Shown here piece after piece: positions 38,921 to 51,548 of a DNA stretch of 64,000 nt. The notes under the pieces are model-generated. The model was not told the origin of the DNA, made no database searches, and saw only the letters and a list, made by a program, of their open reading frames with translations. The position numbers were made by a program, and so were the translations under genes. Each line of letters opens with the position of its first letter. Position 1 is the stretch's first letter. The DNA is from Malacoraja senta (Eukaryota): positions 11,222,001 through 11,286,000 of the forward strand of contig CM075980.1 of NCBI GenBank assembly GCA_038087875.1. The letters run 5' to 3'.

Positions 38921-39549
38921 GATCCATATATATGTTTTACATATATATCTTAATTTCATTGAACCATATACGATTGACTATGTGGCATTATTTTGATCTT
39001 GTTTCTATAGTCAAAGGGTAAGGTTGATTGATTTATTTGTGCAGAACAGTGATGGAAGTCTGACTCCTCTTGCCTTGTTTCTATGTTTTTGTTTCTCTCT
39101 ATATATGCATAAGAGCATGAATTATAATCTGATTTCCATACATGAATATACTAAGGTCATTCATGTGCTGCACCTGTTGATCAATGCCTGGCTCTACTGT
39201 GGAATGTAATTAGGCATGTAATTTAGCCTAACCTTATTCATACCTAATCCAATTTGAAGCATAAATGTTGCATCAAGTGTAAGTTAAAAGACTCGTTACA
39301 GTATGCACCAGATTGCACAATTTCAAGCTGAAAAATGCAAAAGCTTCCTACCGTGGGAGGGGGACACCCCCCTCCCACACCCTCCCTCTGTGGTTGCTAC
39401 ACTCCCTTGTAATTTCTCACTCTCACCTCTCACCCAATGTTGGCAGCCCTGAAAATGACAGCATGTAAAACTATGCCCAAATCTTTTAATGAATGGTAAA
39501 AACATCAGAAATTTAGACAGGAAAAATAACAAAGTAAGCATATTACTTA

Positions 39550-40060
39550 AATAGAAAAAAGAACATAGAACAGTACAGCACAGGAATAGGCCCTTCATGC
39601 CGTGATGTGTGTGGTGAACACACTACCCACTTAAACTCGTCCCTTCTGCACTGCACATGGTCCATATCCCTCCACTGACGATATATTCATGCATCTGTCC
39701 AAAAGCCACTACTTCGACCACCACCCCTGGCAGCGGGTACCAGGCATCTACCACTCTATAAAAAAATTAGCTCGCATTTTTCCTTTAAACTTTCTCCCTC
39801 TGACTTTATAACTATGCCCTCTAGTGTTTGACTAAAGGGGAAGGATTCTGACTATCTGACTCTATCAATGCTTCTCATAATTTTATAAACTTATATTAGG
39901 GCATTGCACAGCCTCCGACACTCCAGAGAAAAACAATTGACCCTTGTACAACCTCTTTTTATAACCAATAATCAGGCAGCATTCTGATAAACCTTTTCTG
40001 CACCCTCGCCAAGCCTCCAGATCCTTCCTGTAATGGGGCAACCAGAACTGGTGAGATTGC
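39550..40060 (-). mobile_element. CR1 LINE 3' fragment
   Basis: QFWLPHYRKDLEA motif; AACATAGAACAGTACAGCACAGG tail on the plus strand. Confidence 0.7.
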
Positions 40061-40589
40061 AGTGCCCTGCATCTAGGGGTCCCAATGCACAATTCTTAAA
40101 ATGGCTAGTATCCAGATAAAGCAAGTAATTCGCACTAATGAAATGTTATCATTTGTTGTGAGTGGAACTGAATACAAAGCTGGGAGCCACAGTTATACGT
40201 GGCATTAAGAAACATTAACTGTACACGACATAGGTAGTTATATACAAGGAGGGATGATAAAGGGCATGGAGTGATACAATGCGAAACAGGCCCTCCAGCC
40301 ACCATAGGCGCATCAAGTCATTAAGTATCCATCTATATTAATCCCATTTTTCCCTGCTCTTGCATACACATAACTCCAGTTCTTCTGGCACCTTCTGAGG
40401 AGTTGGAAGCATTTCAGAAAAGGTTTGCCACAGCAATATTTGGAATTATCACTTATTCACTTCGAGCAAAGTTTGAGCAGGCTTGTATCATTGAAGTTAA
40501 GAAGAGAAAGAGGGGACTTAATTTGAAATATAATATTCTGAGGGATCTTGACTGGGTGGATCTCAAGACTATATGCAAATACCAGGTAA

Positions 40590-41435
40590 CGATGAGTACA
40601 GGAGGAAAATTGATCATCTGAATGGTGCCAGAACATCAATCTTGCTCTCAACATTAGCAAGACCAATTATTAACTTCAGGAGGGAAAGGCCAAGGATCCA
40701 TGAACCCGTCTTCATCAACGGGATGATGATGGAGAGTGTCTACTGCTTCAAGTTTCTGGGTGTGCATGTCTCTGAAGGTCTGTCTTGGGCCTAACACACT
40801 GATGCAATCACAAAGTAAAACTCATCACGCCTCAGATGAATGAGAAGATTTGGAATGTCACTGAATATTCTGTCAAATGTCTACAGCAGTATGGTAGGGA
40901 TTATATCGACAGGTTGCATCAGGACTGTTCAGTAACATGAAACGCCCAGGAGCGAAGGCGGCTGCAGAAAGTAGTAGATATTGCCGGTCCCCAAGGGATA
41001 CTGACTTCCCCATCGTCAAAGGGATCTGCAGGAAGTGCTGCCTCAAAAAGACAGCTAATATCAAAGACCCACATCACCCTGGCCATGCTCTCATGTCACC
41101 ACGACAATCAGGAAGCACCTACAGGAGCCCGAGAACTGTGACCACCAAATTCAAGAACAGCTTCTCTCCAGCACCAGCAGGCTTTTGAACTATACTGCAG
41201 AACCCTAACCACAACTCTAGTTCAGCAACAATCTACTATGGAGTTTATTTTTGGTTGCACTACATACTTCAGCTTTACATTATTATGGACTGGTTACCTA
41301 GTACTACTTACTTTTAATTTATTGAACCATTTATAAATGTATATTTATTTGTTGTGTTATTGCATTAATTGGCCTATAATGCTGCAGTAAGAAAAGTCAT
41401 TGTTTTATTCCTGCTACATATAACAATTAAACACT
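40590..41435 (+). mobile_element. Degenerate Rex1-like LINE 3' part
   Basis: FKFLGVHVSEGLSW; IKDPHHPGHAL...TTKFKNSF. Confidence 0.75.
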
Positions 41436-41744
41436 TGTTTTAGTTTTTTTTTAAATTTTGGAGATAGAGTGCAAACAGGCCGTTGTCCCACCGAGTCTGC
41501 AGCGACCAGCAATCCTAGGGACACACTGGGGACAATTTACAGAAGCCAATTAACCAACAAACATGCACGTCTTTGGAGTGCGTTTGGAGGAAACTGGAGC
41601 ACAGAGAGAAAACCCACGCGGCCACAGGGTACAAGAAAACCCACGCGGTACAAGCTGCATACAGACAGAACCCGTAGTCACGATCGAACCCTGGTCTCTG
41701 GCGCTGTGAGGCAGCGACTCTACTGTTGGACCACTCTGCTGCCA
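41436..41744 (-). mobile_element. HE1-type SINE
   Basis: B box GGTTCGATC; same body and tail as the other copies. Confidence 0.8.
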
Positions 41745-42199
41745 TTAGTCGCTTGGGGTGACGATTCCACGAGATTCTGGAATGAGGGGTTACTGTTTAA
41801 ATATCAGGGTTGCCCACTGAACACTTGACGCAGGAAGACATTTCTCTGACGGTCACGACTCTTTGGATATCTCTTCCTCAAAAGGTGGTAGAAGCAGAAT
41901 GTTTAAATATCTAAGAGAGGTTGATAGAGTTTTAATAAGCAAAGGGGTCTACGTTTATGGTGGGCAGATGGGATTGCAGAGTTGGGGGTGACAATTAGAT
42001 CAACCACGATTTCAAATCACATGTGGAGCAGGGTTGAGAGGTAATCATCTACCCAAGCTCCTATGTTTGTAAAATTATCTATCATATCTTTGGAAATGGA
42101 GGGGCACAGGTGGATGAGTGACATTCTTATTGTGAATGAGTGAATCATCAAACAATTTCCTTATTTTATTCCAATGTACAATGGTAATGATATACATAC

Positions 42200-42324
42200 C
42201 CAGTATCCGACACACATCATCACAATTCTGGTTTATTTCATGTAACCACCGCTTGACGTTAACAAATGATTCTGCACTGGTGACATCATATACCACTATA
42301 ACCCCGTGAGTGCCTCTGTAATAC
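42200..42324 (-). CDS. RAB35: RAB35 exon 4 ([41 protein letters not shown])
   Basis: Rab35-typical YYRGTHG and [11 protein letters not shown]; cag acceptor, gtatgt donor; 125 nt. Confidence 0.97.
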
Positions 42325-43641
42325 CTGCCAAATAAGAAGAGATAACATTTAAGACACTTAGGGTTGATTTCAGTGAAGTTAATGCTCAATTTAATTCAGC
42401 TTGACACTTTGAGGGAGTGCTACGGTGTACAGTGTGTTATTTTCCCAGATAAAAAGATCCCATGTGTCTCCACGGTGAATATAAAAAATCCTGTAAGAAA
42501 ATCTGAATGGAAGATGTTGTCTTTGGCCAACATTAACAAGACTAAAAACAGTCATCAATCAGCCCACTCCTGTTAGTGGGAACATATACTACACGCAATG
42601 AATGCTGTGCTTATCTTCAAGAGGGAAATGAGAAGCTTATTGGCTGTGAAGTACTGTGTGGTTTTGAAGTTGCACAATATTTATTATTAATGTTTTATGT
42701 ATCATTCCTAACCGTCACTGCATGTCATGTTGTCACTTGTGGGCAGAGCACCAAGGCAAATTCCTTGTATGTGAATACTTGGCCAATATAAACTTAAAAC
42801 ATTTTAAATGAGAGTGCTCTCAGCTCCGGAATTGTTGTTTCTTGCATCCTTTTTCTCTTGCACTGAATTCCTCTGCTGAAAATTTCAATAGGTTTATTTG
42901 TGTGAGTTAGTGACAAAGAGTTCGTGAGCAAGTTAAATTATCTACCTTGACTATGGATGTGCCCAGGTCTCTTCCTCTTACAAAGATAGACATGAATTAT
43001 GGCATTCAAGGATTATCTTGGCATTTCAGGATCTCCCACAAAATCCCACAGGAGAAAGACAAAAGCCATCCTAATAGAGAAGTTTTGCCATAATGGACAT
43101 AACTCAATGCGCAAGTACACATTCACTCATCATCACCAGTGTATTCATAGTATTCTCAATCTTAATCCTTACTTTCTATGTTAATTATCTTTCATTGATT
43201 CTATTGATATGATGGAGTAGTGAGGGGGGAGAGGATAGTGGTGGAGGGAAAGTTTGCCTTACACAAACATACAAATATCAGGAGAGTGGCTATTCCTGGA
43301 CTCTCTTGTACAACCCAGCAACTGAAGCTTCCCAGATGGCATTTTGGTTATGTTTGCCATCTGGTGTGATAGTGACTTATGCAGACCAGATGGTCTCAGC
43401 TATGACTTCTGATCTGTGCCGAATTAGCTAATCTTCACAGAACGGCAGTTAAAGATTTGCAATCTGTAGAGGCCAAGGCTAGTTTACATTTTATTGGTGG
43501 TGTCACTTTCAATAGGTGAAGATGAGTGCCATGCCTCCTAATCATTTAAAGGATTTTAAAAGCACTTCTTGAAATTTAAATAAAATAGAAATACTTTGAT
43601 GACTTTAAAATAGCTGCTGTAACAGGTCTAGATAATTGACT

Positions 43642-43958
43642 ATAGACACAAAAATACGAAGTAACTCAGCAGGTCAGGCAGCATCTCAGGAGAAAAGGAA
43701 TAGGCGACATTTTGGGTCGAGACCTTCTTCAGACAGAGTCAGGGGTAAGGGAAACTAGAGATTATAGATGGCACATAGAACAAATGAATGATAGATATGC
43801 AAAAAGCAACGATGATCAAGGAGAGGTGGAGCTCACAATGGTCCATTGTTGGCTGTGGGGGAGATGATAATGAGTTATACAGACAGTGAAACTCAACAAG
43901 ATGATAGTGAAACAAGTACGACGATTAGGGTAGGGGAAGGACGGAGAGCAAGGCAAAG
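43642..43958 (-). mobile_element. 317-bp Penelope-like 3' fragment (sister subfamily)
   Basis: TSD TAGATAATTGACT at 43629-41 and 43959-71; pyrimidine-rich segment, then CTGAAGAAGGTCTCGACCC and a similar 3' terminus. Confidence 0.75.
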
Positions 43959-45989
43959 TAGATAATTGACTGCCTGGTAACACTGATCTCCCAGCTCTGA
44001 AGACTGTTAGCTACAAAAAAACTGCAAGAAATTGAGGAATGCAACCCTATTCAGCTGTGGCATAACCAAGAAATGATGAATCACCGGCCTAACTTCCTTA
44101 ATATGTGTGCAGCAGGAGGCTCCACAATGCTTTACTTAGTATAGCAAGAACAGCTCATTCATCTTCTCATATCTGTTCTGCCATTCAATTATTATCCTTA
44201 TTTAAATCTTCAATACCACTTATTCCTTTCTTCCACTCCCCCTAATATCTTTACCTAACAACTCTCTATCTAAGCTCTTTAATTTCTAGACTGGCCCATT
44301 CAGTCTTTTGGCATCAAAATTCCAAATACCCGTGATCTACCTCTACCTCTTTGATGACCCTCAGACTATCCTTGATTGGACTTTGCTGGCTTTACCTTGC
44401 AACTAAACGTTATTCTCTTATCATGTATCTACACTCTGTAAATGTAATCACGTATTGTCTTTCTGCTGACTGGTTGCACACAACAAAAGCTTTTCACTGT
44501 ATCTCGGTACAAGTGACAATAAACTAAACTAAATTGATCTGTATGCGATGCCTGGTCTGGCTTTCACTTAATAACCCCACCCCATGTTGTGGAACACCCG
44601 TCGCCAGAGCAGATGGTAGCTGATCTAACAAATTCCACTTCGAACAGTTTCATTAACTTCTGGGAATTCCGGTGCTACTAAATCGGCATCAAAGTTGAGT
44701 TCTGGTCAAGAAACCCAAAAGTATCACATTGTTGGTTCAAACTGATATGTGGAAAGCAGGAATTGGCATTGATATGGTTGAAATGAACACAGTGTATTGG
44801 TTTTGAATTCAGCAAAAAGGGGCGTTTCAAGATATCCAAAATTATTTGGCATTAATCTATCAGATTGGGATTAAAAGTGGACACGTAAACTGCTCATATT
44901 TTAAATCCAAGTTCCTCATTTCAACCATTTGAGATTCAGTGCTAGCTGTCCCTCCTGTTCACCTGGACCAGCAGGTAATAAGTAGTTTTTCTTCCTCACA
45001 CTAGAACCCAGGTTGTCGACACAGGGTTGCTAGGATGATTCAATCAACAGGAAGTGGGAAACAGCTGGGGATGGTGATTAACTAAACTCCAATTAGCCTC
45101 CTTTTGCTCTGTTTTAATTTCATTCACATGTTTAAACTATAATGTTTTATTATTAATGTTTAATGTTTTATGCGTCATTCTTAATTGTTACTGTATGTCG
45201 TGTTGTTACTTGCGAGCGGAGCACCAAGGCAAATTCCTTGTATGTGTACATACTTGGCCAATAAACTTATTCATTCATTCAATTCAAGTTTTTTTTATAA
45301 ACTATTTTCAAGATCTGAGATCACCAGCAAGTGAGGCATGAATCACCATCTTGAAGTGTGCCGTCCTTCTGGTAGGGGTGTTTCTGCAGTGCAGAAAGCT
45401 CTAGCCTCAGACCCAGTGACAATGAAGGATCAGCTATGTATTTCCAAGCTAATATTGTGTGACTTGGAGAAGAATCTGTAGACAGATGCCTGGTCCCCTT
45501 GTCCATATTAGTGATGGCATATCAGCCACTAGGCTTGGAGCAACTTTGCATGTTTGAATTTGGTGCTTATCGCAATGCTGGATGATCTGTGCAGTTTTAT
45601 TACTTTTGTTTAAACATACGGACTTTTGCTTGACCACTTCAGAGAGCATTTCAAAGGAAACCACATGTAGGCCAGACCAGGGAAAGACGACAGGAGTTAA
45701 CCAGATGGGTCTTGTCTGCAATCAGGCAGATTTTCACTGTCGTCTTTACAGATATTCGTTGGCACTTTTGTCCAAACCAAACTCTGGATTATTAATTCTG
45801 GATAATTCATTTAAATTCCACTACTGCCCTGTTGGGATTGAGCTCAATTCTCTGGGTTGCTGGTTGGGTCTCCATGTTGCCAGTCTGTTGACTTTCTTAT
45901 GGTAGCAAGGTCAAGTAATACAAATTATAGCTAATACAAAAGCACATCAACAAAAAGGGCACATGTGACTAATTGTTTTTCATTGATAT

Positions 45990-46345
45990 TCCGAGTCTGC
46001 GAGATCAAATCTTACACTAGAGATGTCTAGGCTAACACTGCAATCATTACCGAGTGCTGGTGTACCGTGTCAGGATGCCTTATCGGCTTGGACAAGTCTT
46101 GACTACGTTCAATTGTAATTGTGTGGCACTCAGAGGTATCCTGGCCATCTTTTATCCCTCAAGGAACATCAACAACAGATTATTTGGTCATTACATTTAA
46201 GTTACAAGTGAGAGCTTGATGTTGACAAATCATTTGCCAAGTTTCCTACATTGTCAATGATCATTTTTCAAAAGTATGTCATTTGGACAAAGTGCTTTGT
46301 AATGTCTTGAGGTTGGTTAAAAAAAAAGGCTGCATGAATGCAGAT
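45990..46345 (+). mobile_element. Ancient DeuSINE (SacSINE1-like) copy; related copies near 42400-42680, 58010-58395 and 59810-60150
   Basis: TCCTGGCCA..TTTATCCCTCAA..AACATCA..AACAGATTATTTGGTCATT resembles the Deu domain as recalled; L2-like tail. Confidence 0.55.
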
Positions 46346-49300
46346 CCTTTCTTTGATATGCAAGTTCCCCTATCTATAAATCCAAACTATGAAGGAGACA
46401 AAATTTATCAGTAGCTAACAAAATGAGTATCATTAGGAAATAGATTCCTACAACATAGCAAAAAGGTATTTAATATATCTTTCAAAACATTTCTAATTTA
46501 ACTATAGTTTCCATTTAGATTGTCATGAATAGTCAGTCTCAAAGCATCAGGAAAGGAAACTGAGCTTATGAAGGAAACCGCAAAGTCTGAGTTCACATTT
46601 TACAACACCACAGATCTCAAGCCGAGCTGCAACGAAAATTCGCTGGCACACTGTGGATATAAAACCTGTCCATGCACCTGACCACATTCATCACTGAATA
46701 GTAGTCATGTGATACAAAAGATCACGGCGGACAACAATCAATGATGCAGACATTTATTAGATGTGGGCATCACGCAAAGTGAGCATTTATTGGCTGGCAT
46801 AAATCACATGAGAAGATGGAGGCGAGTCAATTCTTGAACCAGCTTTCTGGTGAAGTACTCCCACAACGCTGTTGAAGAGAGAGTTCCAAAATTTTGATCC
46901 AACCAAGTGCTGGAGTAACTCAGCGGGTCAGAGAGCATCTTTGGAAGATATGGATAGGTGATATTTTGGGTTGGGACTCTTCTTCAGATTTGTAAAACCA
47001 GCATCAGCCGTTCCTTGTGTCCAGGATAAGGTGCAAGTTGGAGGGGAACCCACAAGTGTTGTGGTTCCCATATACTCATTGCCCTTGTCCTTTGAGAGGC
47101 ACCAACATTGTTGGAACTAACTGCAGGGCATTTTGTCCAATTGTAAAACACTGCAGCCAGGGTGTGGCAATAGTGGAGGGATGGAATATTTGTAGCAGTA
47201 TTAGGATGCTGCTTGTTGGGAACCTGCCAACAGTAATGTAATTGAATATCAAGGGTAGGTTCTTTCACCTTTTTTACTGCTTTAATTGATTGCTGCTGTG
47301 GAGAGATACATCTGCAACATTCAGATTACGATAATTGGGACAGGAAGGTTTATTCATGTTTGTTTTCTCACCATTTGCTACAGATTTCGCGTGGCTGCTT
47401 TACCTGTCAGAACTACCAAGTTACCCAGAGTGCAGGAGGTCCCCAGGTTGCAAACACCCAGCTTATGGACACTCACATACACAAATGTGCTCTTTTCATA
47501 CTAAATTCCAAAGTCCGACATACTGTACTTCCTATGAACGGCAGAACTAGTTTCCACTCTTTCCCCATTCCTGGTAATTGTTCTTTATCAGTCTTATGTG
47601 CTTTTGATATCATTCATTACAATACTGTACAGGTATAGTTATATTTCTGACATGGACAAAATCAACTTATGCCAAGTGTAAAAATGCAACCTATTCATTT
47701 ACTGTGGATGGCAAGTATACACTCAACCTTGGTTCACTTCCAGAATGGGCTATAATACACAAAGGACTATCGATCATCCTATCTCAGTTAATGATAAGTA
47801 ATAATTAGGGATTTCCTTGTCCCCGTTTGACTTGGTGCCATGAGACGAAGAGATAGAAGGGAAGTAATGGAGACTTCAACAGCGAAAACATGCAGGGCCA
47901 TTCCCTTCTGACTCTCCATCATTGTCCAATCACCTGCAGTAGTGCAGGATATGGGCACAAAAGCACAATGGAAGCAGATGAGATGCTGGTTGAAAGAGCC
48001 ATGTTGTCTGTGAATCAGTCCGGCTATTTTGAACCAACCCACTGGTTTCATGGTTACAATTACAAATGCTCTCTTTATAAAATTCACAACTGTTTTTTCT
48101 TCACTGAAGTGAAGTTAAATTATCTTGCTGTTGCTTTGGGGTTTGAGCATGACACCAGATGGTTAATCCAGGCCTCAGGGTAACTAGCCAGTCATTAAAC
48201 CAAATGCATCCATTCCCAGAGAAGGATGTATATCTCCTGCACAAATTAGATCTGGGTACAGTGTAAGCACTTTCTACGTAAACCAGATCTTGGACACACC
48301 GCAGACACCTCCTCTTTAATTAGATCCTTGGTGTATTGCAGCTGGCAGCCACAGCATACACAACAGGACCAATTTGGTTGTCAAAAGCTAGCGGTGAAGC
48401 TAAGGAACTCACTGTTAAATGAGGCAACAACTTCTGAAAGGGCAGATGCGCAAATAAATATTAATAGCAAAACCCTGCCGCGCCATTTGTTCTGCTCCAC
48501 TGGAAGCTTTTTATAAAGAGTATTTCACTATTGTAAGGTGAAAGCTTTCGTGCGGTGGGTATGGATTAAGCCTGAAGCAGATGAGTAACTCCAGGTATAT
48601 GTAGCTTTTTAATAATGTGATAGGTGTTGATGTTAATGACTACCAAGGGACTATATTGACAGCGACTCAACATGCTAGCGGATAGATCAGAAAATTAAAT
48701 TTTAATATTTTATTGGTGACATTTTGAAGCCTATCAAAACTGCAAAGTTCCCTTTTAACAGAAATGAAACCCTATGGACTTCGCAAATAAATGAGAAATT
48801 CAGCTGCCTTTGCCTGAACCATCCGTGGGAGGTGACACAAAGTTTGAATTAAAAATAGATGCTAGTTAAAAAATAGAACCTGTGGGGAGTTTTTTTTTTT
48901 TAAACACGCAAATAAAAATTATGGAGAGACGTTTTCCCTTCTTTGTGTGTGTCAGCCCCCCGAGACAAAAATATGAAGCAATCAGCAGTGATGGATGCAC
49001 ACACAACTTCATTAGAGTTGCTGACAGAAAATTATACATTAGCACAGGTTGATTTCAATGGGAGAATGGCAACATGAAGATGTAATACCAGTGCCATCAC
49101 CAGCAATCCCAAAGCTGCTTTCATGTCATGGTGCCATCAACAGCCAGAGAGAGAGGTGTGAGCAGCACGCCACTAAGACAGGATGAGCAAAAACCGTGAT
49201 GCTGAAAAATACATTAACCTACCAAGGCGGGATGGTGTTTTGGGGGGGGGGGGGGGGGGTGTCTTTGATGTTTTGCAAACACAACTTTTGGCCAGCAGAT

Positions 49301-49904
49301 ATATTCTTAATGCTGTCTGGCAAGGCAAAAAAAAAAAAATCAATGCAAATCCAGAATGCCACAAAAGACTGAACCAAAAACCTGAGCAAGTAGCACAGTT
49401 GAGTGGAAGAGTAAGTAGAAGCAACTGTGATTTAACACATAGTATACATGCAAACATGTGAAATGGTAGGGAAGAAACACTGATAAAGAAGGGCCATTTG
49501 TCACTCCTTAAAATGTGGCCTGCAGAACAAGGGATGTTTAAGTTAAATCCCATCGTGTATTGTGTTATTTTTATTCGTATGGCTGTCTGGTAACTCAAAT
49601 CTCACTGTACCAATTGGTGCATGTGACAATAAATGTAACTTGAACTTGAACTTCCAACTCAAATGAGTGTGCCACTGCCATCACATACCTCAGTCATTAT
49701 TTACGTACAGGGCTGCACACCAAATAAATCAACCCAAATGTTCCCAATTCAGAAACCATAGATGATCTGCGAGGTCCACTGCTTGGTGAAATCTATGTTT
49801 GTGGTGATACATGGAAGTGCAAGCGCTGGTTTACAAAAAAACTGTTGGAGTAACTCAGCGGATCAGACTGAAGAAGGGTCCCGATCTTTATCTTTCAAGC
49901 TTGT

Positions 49905-51305
49905 GGCGATCAAGTCGAATGATCCTGACCGGTTCAGGAAATCTAGGTATGATCTTTGTGAAGTTATCTGGGAAGTCTATTGATTGTGGCAAGCTAACAT
50001 GCTATAACTGACTACAAATCGAAGCCAGACAGTTTTGCTGGCAACAATGCATCTCTCCCTAACAAGTTCAATGCATTTTAAGCTCGTTTTTAACAGAAAG
50101 TTGTGAAATTATGTCACTGTCAGTCTCAGGTGCACCTGCATCCAAGGTCACAGTCACAGACTTCAGATCGGCCTTCCCAAGTGTGAACATGCAAAAAGTG
50201 ACTGGCATGGATGGAATCCCCAGCTGTGTCCTCAGAACCTGCACGTAGCATCTAGCAGGAGTATTCTCAGCATCTTTAAACTCTCCCTACACCCAAAACT
50301 CTGTGGTTCCGACCTGCTTCGGGACCACAATCATAGAAAAGCAAGGTAAATTACTACGTTAATATGTACTCTAACATCCGCCATCATGAAGCTTTGATAG
50401 GCTGGTCATAGCGCACATGAACTCCAGCCTCCCAGATGGCCTTGATCAACTGAAATTTGACTTTGTGATCCAAGACTACAATCAGTAAGGACAAGTGACA
50501 AAAATCTTCCATGATAATTCTCAACACTGGCACCCTGCACGGTTGAGTTCTATACTCCCTGTACACTCCACAGCCAAATTCCGCTCTAACCCCACATACA
50601 GGTTTGGAGTTGGCACTAGGGTAGTGGGCTGGATCTCCATGATGAGACAGCATATGGGAAGGAGATACAGAGGTTAGTCGCATGGTGTCAAGATAGCAAC
50701 CTCTCCCTCAATGTCAGCAAAATGAAGAAACTGAAGGAAGCATGGTGGTGCATAAATGGTCAAGAACTTTATGTTTCCAGAGTAAATGTCACAACATTGA
50801 TGTTAGAACCAAGAAAGGATATCAACGTCTCTACTTCCTCAGAAAGATAAGGTAGTTCGACATTTCCCCAACAACTCCGACTAACTTCTACAAATGCATT
50901 GTAGAAAACATCCTATTGGGATGTATCATAACTTGGTTTGGCAACTGTGCCGCCTGAGATCGCTAGAAATTGCAGAGTTGTGGGGACAGCCCAGTCTATC
51001 ACACAAACTACCCTCCATTCAGCTCCATCTACATACACGCTGCCTTAGGAAAGCATCCAATACAATCAAGGACCATTCACACCCTGATTCTTTTTATCTT
51101 CTCTATTTTCCATTGGGCTTAAGATACAACCCTTCCACTCAGTCATAGAGCACTGAAACTGGTCCTTCAGCCCAACTTGTCTATGTCAAGCAAGATGCCA
51201 TCTATGCTAGTCCTATTTGCCTACATTTGACCCATATCCTTGAAAATATGTACCAGCAGATTCAAGAGCAGCTTCTATCCTGCTGGTCTTAGAATCTTGA
51301 ACAAA
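49905..51305 (+). mobile_element. Highly degenerate Rex1-like LINE
   Basis: Scattered RT-region similarity and RCLRKASNTIKDHSHP; many indels. Confidence 0.6.
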
Positions 51306-51548
51306 TCTCTCCAATGCCAAGGATGTATTCCCTATCTTCCCTATACATTCTATCAAGGATCTGAAGAAGTCTCGACCTGAAATGCCACCTACTCCTTTTC
51401 TCCAAAGACGCTGAGTTACTCCAGCATTTTGCGTATATCTTCCACATCTACTACTCCAGCTTGTTGTGGCCTTGCACTTTTATCTGACCTTTCTGTGGCT
51501 TCGACACTTTATTCAGCATTCTGTTTATTTTCAGCTCTGTTTGTATTT

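Larger units (their letters stand above)
37511..39451. mobile_element. Non-autonomous TIR DNA transposon (hAT-like), 1941 bp including nested insertions
   Basis: Perfect 13-bp TIR CAGGGCTGCCAAC / GTTGGCAGCCCTG; 6-bp TSD AAAATG at 37505-10 and 39452-57; subterminal CTCAC(G) repeats at both ends; no transposase ORF. Confidence 0.8.

Noticed and set aside
42682-45285. Two similar ~110-bp segments (about 42682-42795 and 45145-45285) as LTRs
   Set aside because: They end in an AATAAA-like signal plus a short repeat tail, as 5'-truncated Rex1-type LINE tails do; no TG..CA ends, PBS or PPT.
47431-47718. Tigger/pogo-like MITE
   Set aside because: Ends only loosely complementary; TIR and TSD could not be established.
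49241-49259. Poly-G/C runs (also near 14866, 20597 and 61915) as functional G-quadruplexes
   Set aside because: Homopolymer slippage; length is unreliable in assemblies and there is no supporting context.
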